DNA of 64,000 nucleotides. Source: Candidatus Latescibacterota bacterium. GTDB taxonomy: Bacteria > Latescibacterota > UBA2968 > UBA8231. How positions within the stretch are numbered: the first letter of the stretch is position 1; each line of letters opens with the position of its first letter. Made by a program: the position numbers and the translations under genes. Positions 55,209-64,000 of this stretch are shown in pieces. The DNA is taken from positions 448,001 through 512,000 of the forward strand of contig CBDCXV010000009.1 in NCBI GenBank assembly GCA_965223905.1, given 5' to 3'. A model generated the notes under the pieces. It did not search any database and was not told where the DNA came from. It worked only from the letters and a program-made list of their open reading frames with translations.

Positions 55209-55942
55209 CGGTGAATCGAAAAAGCTGCGTGGCCAAAGTGATGAATGCGAGACAAAACCGGAAGCCCGCTCGCCTGATCAATGATCGCGGTAACGGAGAC
55301 CGACAATGAGTAATTCAGCTACACAAACCCCGCCAGAACTCGAAGTATCGAATTTCGGACCGATCGTCGAGGCAAAGATCGATCTGCGTCCCCTGACGGT
55401 GTTTGTCGGACCGAGCAACACGGGCAAGTCCTATCTTGCGATCCTGATCTACGCGCTGCATCGATTTTTTAGCGGTTTCAAGGAAAACAGGTTCTCCTTG
55501 AGTCCCCATTTCTCTAAAGAAATGCTTGACGCTTTTGACAAATGGGCCCAAAAGACTGTGGGCAAAAGGGAAATGAAATCTCACATTGCCTTACCTGATG
55601 AATTAACAGGGGTTATTCGTTCCATATTGACAGCCGAGAGCCCCCAACTCGGAAACGAAATCAGCAGGTGCTTCGGTATCGAAATCAGCAGGCTGGTACG
55701 CAAAGGAAACAAGGACACTGCTGTTGTTTTCCGAATAAAAAATCCGGACGATTCAACGCCTTTCGAGCTCAGATCGACTTTCTCAACAATGGGAGGGAAT
55801 GTATTCCAAACAAAAATCCCAGAAGAGATGTCCATCCAGGTCGACGAGGGACAAAATCGTTGGTGGATGAAACGTCTTCACTTACCGGAGTTTACTCCCG
55901 ACAGAGAGGCAGAGTTGGATCTGTTGATCAGGGAACTGTTAG

Positions 55943-57406
55943 GGCTATATACGGGTTTTTCAACGTGGTATTTATAGCGTTTCCCCAATGAGATTTTTAG
56001 GGTTTCATACTGTACGGAATCGGGCCGGAATCTGCGCAGGGATATCGAGGTCTCCGACGCACAGGTAAATCAGGTCGGCAAAGGCATCCAGAGTTTTAAA
56101 TCCACTGGCTCGATTCTTGACCATGCGGATAATGCGATTGAGCCCTTCGGCGGCGGCGTTGGTCAGGTGCGTGTCGACGAAGGCGGTGATGCCGGCCGCC
56201 TGCTTGCGCACCGTGTTGACGAACTTGCGCAGGGGCTGCAGGCGGCTGCGCAGGGCCGCCGTCGTCCACTTCTTGAGGAAGCGTTCGGCGGCCCAGCGCG
56301 CCTTGTAGCGCCAGAAGTGCTCGAACTCGTCCTTCAGGCGCCAGGCGCGGTAGATGCGGCGGTTGGCCTTCTCCAGGGTTTGGAGCGTGCGCCGATCCTT
56401 TCGCGAGCGCTGGGCGGAGTGATGCAGCAGCACCCAGCGCAGGCCCTTGAGCAGCTTGCGGTCCTCGCCACAGGCTTGCCGCCACTGCTCCTTGCGCACC
56501 TCGTCGACGGCTTCGTTGAGGGCCTTGACGACGTGGAATCGGTCCAGGACCAACTCGGCGTTGGGACCATGCTGCCGGATGGCGCCGATGAAGGTCTCGC
56601 TCAGGTCGCAGCAGGCCCAGCGGATGCGGTCCTTCTGGAAGGCGCTGAGATGGTCCCGGAAAAACGCGTCGATGGTCTTCCGTGCCTTGCCCTTGCCGAC
56701 CCAGACGACACGGGAGCGTTCCAGGTCGTAGACCAGGGTAGCGTATTTATGGCCCTTGGCGTAGGAGATCTCGTCGATGCCGAGGGTCTTCAGCCGGCGG
56801 ATGCGGTGCCCCGTACGCCGGCGCTCGATGAGCCGGTGCAGCTGGTCGGACAGGGTCGACGGGGCCAGACCCAGCAGGCGCGCGGCGGCGGCCTGCGTCA
56901 TCCACTGGCAGTACCTCAGCAGCAGGTATTCGAAGCGGTAGCTGACCTGGGCCGAGGGCGCCGCCCAGGGCACCTCCTCGACGCGACGGCCGTGGGTCGG
57001 GCAGCGGATCTCCCGAGGGGCGTGGTGCAACCAGAGGGTACGGCCGCAAACGCGGACGTCGCGCCAGCGGCGGAACTCCATGACCTGTACGATCTTGCCG
57101 CGGCGCCCACACTCGGGACACCGGCACCCGTTCCTTTGGGGCTTCACCGCGACCACGACGGCCGCTTCTTCCCCGTGTCCTTCGAACCACACGCCCACCG
57201 CGCGAAATCCCTTGAATTGGAACAGCTTGGAGACGAACTTCATAGCGGTCATAGGTCGCCTTCCCTTCCCTTTCTTGGGGAGTGCTTGATGGGGATACAC
57301 CAAGCATAGGGAACGACCTATGGCCTTGTCATGTACTCAGATGGACAGCAAGGGCTCAGGTACTTTCCGTACTTACGTTTCGGCGTTGAAAAACCCGGAT
57401 AGACCC
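55943..57406 (-). mobile_element. ISL3-family element, copy 1, 1464 bp, 8-bp target duplication ACTGTTAG
   Basis: IRs ggctatatacgggtttttcaacg and cgttgaaaaacccggatagaccc; actgttag at 55935-55942 and 57407-57414. Confidence 0.95.
56005..57252 (-). CDS. ISL3-family transposase
   Basis: CPECG zinc finger, LGIDE, CDLS, LDRFHVVK and TNAAAEGLN..GF. Confidence 0.95.
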   Translation of the reverse strand: MTAMKFVSKLFQFKGFRAVGVWFEGHGEEAAVVVAVKPQRNGCRCPECGRRGKIVQVMEFRRWRDVRVCGRTLWLHHAPREIRCPTHGRRVEEVPWAAPSAQVSYRFEYLLLRYCQWMTQAAAARLLGLAPSTLSDQLHRLIERRRTGHRIRRLKTLGIDEISYAKGHKYATLVYDLERSRVVWVGKGKARKTIDAFFRDHLSAFQKDRIRWACCDLSETFIGAIRQHGPNAELVLDRFHVVKALNEAVDEVRKEQWRQACGEDRKLLKGLRWVLLHHSAQRSRKDRRTLQTLEKANRRIYRAWRLKDEFEHFWRYKARWAAERFLKKWTTAALRSRLQPLRKFVNTVRKQAAGITAFVDTHLTNAAAEGLNRIIRMVKNRASGFKTLDAFADLIYLCVGDLDIPAQIPARFRTV

Positions 57407-58270
57407 ACTGTTAGCAGTCCTGATGCCTGAACTCGCCGGTCCTCTGAATCTTCCCGCGTTCTATCTTCCAGCTAGCCGCACCGGTGTGATGCACGCGCAC
57501 AGCGTGGTCGTCAGCGCCATGATCGGAAGCGCGCCGATGACAGGTCTGCGGCCAGCAGCGGCCACCCCAATGCTTTCGGGTGTTTTGGCGGATTTCCTGC
57601 AACAGTTGATCGAAATCGACCGTCCGCGGATTGAAATTGGAAGGGTCGGTTCGAGGTGGAGCCGTCCGCCGTTTGCCCAGCACGGCGGGTTACTCGCTGG
57701 GAGGATCGAAGAAGCTATTCTCGGGGGGTCGGTGCGCGTCGATAGATCCGAGACGATCGGCTATCCGCATTTCACCTACCAGCCAACGGGATGGAGAAAA
57801 CCCCTGCCCCTGATGAACGCATCGTCGATGGTCTCGGAACTCGCGCCGGTAGTGCTGTACCTGCGCCACGTCGTTCAATCCGGCGAGACCTTGGTTATAG
57901 AGGAGCCGGAGTCGCACCTGCATCCGGCCATGCAGGTCGAGTTCACCCGCCAGCTTGCGGCGCTCGTTAAAGCCGGGGTCAGGGTGATCGTCACCACCCA
58001 CAGCGAGTGGGTGCTGGAGGAACTCGCCAACATTGTGCGGCGCTCCGAACTTCCCGCCGCCCGCCGCAAGGAAATCCCCCGGGGCGAATCCGCGCTTCGT
58101 TCCGACCAGGTGGGGGCATGGCTGTTCGAACCGAAGCGCCGCCCCAAGGGTTCGATTGTAAGGGAAATCCGGCTCGACGATTCCGGGCTCTACCCAACTG
58201 AATTCGACGAGGTCGCGCGGATCCTCCACAACGACTGGGCCGACATTTCAAGTTGGATCGGAGATGCCGA

Positions 58271-58750
58271 ATGACGGGGTTGGTGGAGACGGTTCGAGGG
58301 AAAGTCGAGAACACCTGTGTCAGGAGCGGACGCCTGCGAAGGGAAGGATGCACGGTTTCCTTGCAAGGTGCTCCGCAACTGAGACTGGTCATCGATTTCG
58401 ACAAACCCGGCTCTCCACTTGAGCGCCAGCAGACACGCTGCGACTACCTGTTCGTCGCCGAAGTCCCCGCCAAGTCTGGTTGGCTTGCGCCGCTGGAGTT
58501 GAAGCGCGGGAAATTGGACGCCAGCGAAGTCGTCGGACAGCTCAAAGCAGGTGCCCGCGCCGCGGAACAGCTTGTGCCGGACACGATGCCGGTCAACTTT
58601 CGCCCCATTGCAGCCTTCGGCGGCGGCATTACCAAGGCGGAACGGAACGCATTGAGGGACAAACGAAACAAAGTACGGTTCCATGATGCCGCCGAGCCCG
58701 TCCGATTGATCAAATGCCGCGAGAAACTGATTCAGGGGCTCCTACCGTGA
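58271..58750 (+). CDS. Small putative PD-(D/E)xK-like nuclease coupled to the upstream ATPase
   Basis: ATGA overlap with the ATPase stop; motif RCDYLFV..APLELKRG..GQLKAG. Confidence 0.6.
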   Translation: MTGLVETVRGKVENTCVRSGRLRREGCTVSLQGAPQLRLVIDFDKPGSPLERQQTRCDYLFVAEVPAKSGWLAPLELKRGKLDASEVVGQLKAGARAAEQLVPDTMPVNFRPIAAFGGGITKAERNALRDKRNKVRFHDAAEPVRLIKCREKLIQGLLP

Positions 58751-59008
58751 CGCGGCGGTAGGCCAGCTTTACGGCAGGCTCTCCGAGGATCGCGTCCGTG
58801 AGTTTCTTTCCGTTCGCGATTTGGCTGCTGACGACCTCGAAGTACTCCGTTGCGTCGTCGATAACGCCAAGTTGTATTTCAGCAGACCCGTGGACTTTGA
58901 CCGTGCTTGGCAGGAAGAACTGGGCGATGAAGAATAATGTGGGTTTGATTTCTCCCTCCTTATCCTTGGAGTTTGCTGCCTAGCCCCTCACAGCCGGAGA
59001 GCGATATC

Positions 59009-60136
59009 TTGATCGGACAGAGGCTCAAGCTCTCACGTACCGCAGCCGGCGTGTCCCTTCGCGGCCTGGAGGAACGCATCGGAAACCGCGTAACGGCGCA
59101 GGCGATCGGCAAGTACGAGCGCGACGAATCCATGCCGAGCTCAGGAATCCTCATTGCGCTGGCCGATGCCCTTTCGGTCCCGGTGGACTACTTGGTCGGT
59201 GACCAGGAAATGGTTCTGGAGGCGGTCGAGTTCCGAAAAAAGAAGATCACGGGCAAGCGTGAGGAGGCGCAGGTCGAGGCAAAGGTCCTGCATCTGCTGG
59301 AGCGCTACCTCATGGTCGAGGAGTTTCTCGGGCTGACCAGCATCAACTGGGACAAGCCCCGGGAAGCCCCCTACCCTATCGTCAGCGACCCCGGGGAGGC
59401 CGATCGGGCCGCTCACAGCCTCCGCTTGTACTGGGGCCTGGGACTCGACCCTATCCCCAATCTGGTTGAGCTGATGGAAGAGCACGGTATCAAGGTGCTT
59501 TCATGTCCCCTCGGGAAGATCGACGGGCTTACGGCCCGGGTGCGCCGCGCCGGCAGCATCCCGGTTCCCGTTCTCGTTGTGAACGACAGCGACTGGGGAG
59601 AGCGGCAGCGGTTGACGATGGCGCACGAGCTTGGACATCTGGTCCTGGAAGTAGCCCCAAAGGTAGATGCCGAAAGGGCCGCCTTCCGGTTCGCCGGAGC
59701 ATTCCCGATGCCCGCCGAGGCCCTGTGGGCGGCCATGGGCAAGCGCCGCAGTTCCATCGGCTGGGAGGAACTCTTTGACCTCAAGCAGCTATTCGGCGTG
59801 AGCGTTCAGGCACTCACCTATCGGTGCAAGGATCTTGGAATCTTCAGCGAAACCTTGTACCGGCGGCTGTTCAAGGACATCTCGCAATTAGGCTGGCGCA
59901 CGCCTCCCTACCGGGAGCCCCTCGCCATGAAGAGGGAGGAGCCCCGACGTTTCGAGCGCCTGTGCTTCCGTGCTCTGGCCGAAGGCGCGGTCTCCGAAGC
60001 CAAGGCTGCGGAGCTGCTAGAAATTTCGGCCCACGAACTGAACCAGCGCATGGAAGAGCCGCCGGCCATGGAAGAGTCGCCAGACCTGGAGTATGCGGGC
60101 CATGAAGGTGCTGGTCTCGGACACCTTCCGTCCTGA
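59009..60136 (+). CDS. XRE HTH - ImmA/IrrE (M78/DUF955) metallopeptidase fusion
   Basis: TTG start after GGAG; IGQRLKLSR..QAIGKYERDESMP HTH; RLTMAHELGH; FAGAF; FGVS. Confidence 0.9.
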   Translation: MIGQRLKLSRTAAGVSLRGLEERIGNRVTAQAIGKYERDESMPSSGILIALADALSVPVDYLVGDQEMVLEAVEFRKKKITGKREEAQVEAKVLHLLERYLMVEEFLGLTSINWDKPREAPYPIVSDPGEADRAAHSLRLYWGLGLDPIPNLVELMEEHGIKVLSCPLGKIDGLTARVRRAGSIPVPVLVVNDSDWGERQRLTMAHELGHLVLEVAPKVDAERAAFRFAGAFPMPAEALWAAMGKRRSSIGWEELFDLKQLFGVSVQALTYRCKDLGIFSETLYRRLFKDISQLGWRTPPYREPLAMKREEPRRFERLCFRALAEGAVSEAKAAELLEISAHELNQRMEEPPAMEESPDLEYAGHEGAGLGHLPS

Positions 60137-60156
60137 TTGACCTGAGCAAGGAGAGG
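60102..60156 (+). pseudogene. N-terminal stub of a PIN-domain-like gene
   Basis: atgaaggtgctggtctcggacacc(t)tccgtcctgattgacct reads MKVLVSDT-SVLIDL, then breaks off into the DUF1156 sequence. Confidence 0.5.
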
Positions 60157-60928
60157 AAACATCAACCGCAAAAAGCTCATCGAGGTCGCCCTGCCTCTCG
60201 ACGCCATCAACGCCGCGTCGGCGCGAGAGAAGTCGATCCGGCACGGGCACCCGAGCACCCTGCATCTCTGGTGGGCGCGCCGGCCCCTGGCCGCGGCGCG
60301 GGCGGTGATCTTCGCGCAGATGGTGGACGATCCCTCGGCCTGCCCCGAGGAGTTCCCCACCGAGGCGGACCAGAAGCAGGAGCGGGAGCGGTTGTTCCGC
60401 CTCATCGAGGAGCTGGTCCGCTGGGAGAACACCACCAACGAGGAGCTGCTGGAACAGGCGCGGGCGGAGATCCGCCGGAGCTGGGGCCGCACCTGCGCCG
60501 AAAATGCCGGGCATCCGCGCGCCGCCGAGCTGTTCGACCCGGACCGGCTGCCGGCCTTCCACGACCCCTTCGCGGGCGGCGGCGCTTTGCCGCTGGAGGC
60601 GCAGCGCCTGGGGCTGGAGGCCCATGCCAGCGACCTCAACCCGGTGGCGGTGCTCATCAACAAGGCGATGATCGAGATCCCGCCGAAGTTCGCCGGCAGG
60701 CCGCCGGTCAACCCGGAGGCCCGGCCCGGCGGGTCGTCGGCCCAAGCGTCGCTGATCGAACGCGGCTGGACCGGCGCCCAGGGGCTCGCCGAGGACGTGC
60801 GCTACTACGGGCAGTGGATGCGCGACGAGGCGGAGCGGCGCATCGGGCATCTGTATCCGCCGGTCGAGGTCACCGCCGAGATGGTGCGGGAGCGGCCCGA
60901 CCTCAAGCAGTACCAGGGCCGCAAGCTG

Positions 60929-60960
<32 letters not shown>

Positions 60961-61652
60961 GAAGAGCCCGAACCCGGCCTTCGCCGACGTCGACGTGCCG
61001 CTGGTCTCGACCTTCATGCTGTCGACGAAGCGGGGCAAGGAGGCTTATGTCGAGCCGGTGATCGAGGGGCGCGGGTACCGGTTCGCAGTGAAGGTGGGGA
61101 AGCCGCAGGATGCCGAGGCTGCCAAAGCGGGGTCCAAGTCTGGAGGAAGTGGCAAGCCATTTCTCTGCCTCCTCTCGAGTACCCCCATGCCGTTTGAATA
61201 CTTGCGGTCGGAGGCAAAATCCGGGCGGATGGGTGCCCGTTTGATGGCCATTGTCGCCGAAGGAGACCGAGGGCGCGTGTATCTGACGCCAACGGCGGAG
61301 CACGAGGCCATGGCAGAAGAGGCAGAACCGCAATGGACACCTGATACGAATTTACCGGAGCGGGCGCTGGGCTTTCGAGTTCAGGAATACGGCATGATTA
61401 TGTGGCGCGACCTTTTCACTCCCCGCCAACTCGTCGCCCTGACCACCTTCTCCGACTTGGTGGCGGAAGCAATGGAACGGGTCAAGCAGGATGCCGTCGC
61501 CGATGCTTCCGTGGACCACTCCCTGCGTAACCGGGGCGGGACACGGCCTGCCAAGTCCCGCTCAGAAGCGGATGCAGTGGAAGGCCGCGAGCCTAATGCA
61601 GCCGATATTCCCGAAAACGGTCAGCTCCCCCAGAATGGAGATGCCGGATTTC

Positions 61653-63116
61653 GGGTCTATCCGGGTTTTTCAACGCCGAAACGTAAGTACGGAAAGTACC
61701 TGAGCCCTTGCTGTCCATCTGAGTACATGACAAGGCCATAGGTCGTTCCCTATGCTTGGTGTATCCCCATCAAGCACTCCCCAAGAAAGGGAAGGGAAGG
61801 CGACCTATGACCGCTATGAAGTTCGTCTCCAAGCTGTTCCAATTCAAGGGATTTCGCGCGGTGGGCGTGTGGTTCGAAGGACACGGGGAAGAAGCGGCCG
61901 TCGTGGTCGCGGTGAAGCCCCAAAGGAACGGGTGCCGGTGTCCCGAGTGTGGGCGCCGCGGCAAGATCGTACAGGTCATGGAGTTCCGCCGCTGGCGCGA
62001 CGTCCGCGTTTGCGGCCGTACCCTCTGGTTGCACCACGCCCCTCGGGAGATCCGCTGCCCGACCCACGGCCGTCGCGTCGAGGAGGTGCCCTGGGCGGCG
62101 CCCTCGGCCCAGGTCAGCTACCGCTTCGAATACCTGCTGCTGAGGTACTGCCAGTGGATGACGCAGGCCGCCGCCGCGCGCCTGCTGGGTCTGGCCCCGT
62201 CGACCCTGTCCGACCAGCTGCACCGGCTCATCGAGCGCCGGCGTACGGGGCACCGCATCCGCCGGCTGAAGACCCTCGGCATCGACGAGATCTCCTACGC
62301 CAAGGGCCATAAATACGCTACCCTGGTCTACGACCTGGAACGCTCCCGTGTCGTCTGGGTCGGCAAGGGCAAGGCACGGAAGACCATCGACGCGTTTTTC
62401 CGGGACCATCTCAGCGCCTTCCAGAAGGACCGCATCCGCTGGGCCTGCTGCGACCTGAGCGAGACCTTCATCGGCGCCATCCGGCAGCATGGTCCCAACG
62501 CCGAGTTGGTCCTGGACCGATTCCACGTCGTCAAGGCCCTCAACGAAGCCGTCGACGAGGTGCGCAAGGAGCAGTGGCGGCAAGCCTGTGGCGAGGACCG
62601 CAAGCTGCTCAAGGGCCTGCGCTGGGTGCTGCTGCATCACTCCGCCCAGCGCTCGCGAAAGGATCGGCGCACGCTCCAAACCCTGGAGAAGGCCAACCGC
62701 CGCATCTACCGCGCCTGGCGCCTGAAGGACGAGTTCGAGCACTTCTGGCGCTACAAGGCGCGCTGGGCCGCCGAACGCTTCCTCAAGAAGTGGACGACGG
62801 CGGCCCTGCGCAGCCGCCTGCAGCCCCTGCGCAAGTTCGTCAACACGGTGCGCAAGCAGGCGGCCGGCATCACCGCCTTCGTCGACACGCACCTGACCAA
62901 CGCCGCCGCCGAAGGGCTCAATCGCATTATCCGCATGGTCAAGAATCGAGCCAGTGGATTTAAAACTCTGGATGCCTTTGCCGACCTGATTTACCTGTGC
63001 GTCGGAGACCTCGATATCCCTGCGCAGATTCCGGCCCGATTCCGTACAGTATGAAACCCTAAAAATCTCATTGGGGAAACGCTATAAATACCACGTTGAA
63101 AAACCCGTATATAGCC
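61653..63116 (+). mobile_element. ISL3-family element, copy 2, 1464 bp, 8-bp target duplication CGGATTTC
   Basis: Same IRs, length and protein as copy 1 in the opposite orientation; cggatttc at 61645-61652 and 63117-63124. Confidence 0.95.
61807..63054 (+). CDS. ISL3-family transposase
   Basis: Translation identical to copy 1 in the ORF track. Confidence 0.95.
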   Translation: MTAMKFVSKLFQFKGFRAVGVWFEGHGEEAAVVVAVKPQRNGCRCPECGRRGKIVQVMEFRRWRDVRVCGRTLWLHHAPREIRCPTHGRRVEEVPWAAPSAQVSYRFEYLLLRYCQWMTQAAAARLLGLAPSTLSDQLHRLIERRRTGHRIRRLKTLGIDEISYAKGHKYATLVYDLERSRVVWVGKGKARKTIDAFFRDHLSAFQKDRIRWACCDLSETFIGAIRQHGPNAELVLDRFHVVKALNEAVDEVRKEQWRQACGEDRKLLKGLRWVLLHHSAQRSRKDRRTLQTLEKANRRIYRAWRLKDEFEHFWRYKARWAAERFLKKWTTAALRSRLQPLRKFVNTVRKQAAGITAFVDTHLTNAAAEGLNRIIRMVKNRASGFKTLDAFADLIYLCVGDLDIPAQIPARFRTV

Positions 63117-64000
63117 CGGATTTCCTGACGACGACATCGGCCTCAATGAGGAGGGCTGCGGAGCCACCGCGTATGCCGAGGCAGTGGGGGTGTATCTGAC
63201 GTTTGCATTGTCGAAGCTCGCCGACAGGGGATCGACAATCTGTACTTGGTTTACCGAGCGTGATTCCACGCGGAACACTTTCGCCCGCCAGAGCATCCCG
63301 ATGACTTGGGATTTTGCTGAACTCAACATGCTGCTCGGTGGAACTGGCAGTTTCCTCGGTGCGGTCCAATGGACCGCCGAGAGCATTGATGGAGTCGCCG
63401 CCGGATGCGGCTCATCATTCGGTGCAGGCACCCAAAGCGATGCGGCCCATCAGTCGTTGAGCACCAACAAGATCATCTCAACCGACCCGCCCTACTATGA
63501 CAACATCGGCTACGCCGATTTATCGGATTTTTTCTACGTCTGGCTGCGCCGCTCGTTGAGGTCAACTTTTCCCGATCTCTTCGCCACAATGGCCGTACCA
63601 AAGGCGGAGGAATTGGTCGCCACACCATACCGGCATGGGAACAAGGAAGGAGCGGAAGCATTTTTCCTGGCGGGTATGACCGAGGCGATGCGCCGCCTTG
63701 CGGAGCAGGGGCATCCCGGTTTCCCAGTCTCCATCTACTACGCATTCAAACAGTCCGAGACCAAGGGTGACACCGGGATTTCCAGTACCGGCTGGGAGAC
63801 TTTCCTGGCAGCGGTGATCCAGTCAGGCTTCGCCGTCACCGGCACTTGGCCGATGCGCACCGAGCTCGGTAACCGCATGATTGGCATGGGCACCAACGCC
63901 CTCGCCTCCAGCATCGTCTTGGTCTGCCGCAAACGCCCGAAAGACGCACCCCTGGCCACCCGCCGCGAGTTCGTCGCCGCCCTGAAGGCCGAGCTTCCCG

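Larger units (their letters stand above)
55306..58274 (+). pseudogene. AAA_15/AAA_21 ABC-type ATPase interrupted by ISL3 copy 1
   Basis: NFGPI..GPSNTGKS before the IS; YLPASRTG, ASSMVSEL, IEEPESHLHP and TTHS after it. Removing the IS and one target copy restores the frame (RELL-AVLMPE). Confidence 0.9.

Noticed and set aside
58755-58980. Coding-like minus-strand stretch (EIKPTLFFIAQFFLPSTVKVHG..)
   Set aside because: No clear start and no recognisable family; possibly a gene fragment but unsupported.

Overview
This is a GC-rich bacterial accessory island with no rRNA, tRNA or CRISPR array that I could recognise. The WGxxK-tailed and dockerin/FlgD-tailed secreted proteins and the giant eukaryote-like repeat proteins suggest a sponge-symbiont-type Latescibacterota/Gemmatimonadota-like host (inference). 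Left end (1-12.5 kb, minus strand): an apparently intact DISARM-related operon of a DrmD-like SNF2 helicase, a large N6-adenine methyltransferase and a >1400-aa YprA/DUF1998-type DEAH helicase that runs off the window and is missing from the ORF track. It abuts a shredded DUF499 ATPase remnant. Middle (14-49 kb): a TOPRIM-like gene with an internal TAG, a frameshifted GAF-PAS-HK-REC-wHTH regulator whose 3' end recurs 11 kb away, an IS1380 nested in another IS, and a dockerin-like amidohydrolase. It also holds a Cre-like recombinase with a decayed portal-like gene and a lox-like palindrome, a 2901-aa protein with 21 FN3 domains plus dockerin-like, cohesin-like and FlgD modules, and a broken ~3370-aa YWTD/cadherin/FN3/LRR/leishmanolysin-like gene. 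Right end (50-64 kb, plus strand): a restriction-like SNF2-DUF3883...DUF1156 locus with nested ATPase-TOPRIM, ATPase plus small nuclease, and XRE-ImmA/PIN modules. Two apparently identical, oppositely oriented ISL3 copies each disrupt a gene in it. All family assignments come from motif recognition by eye; no database search was run.
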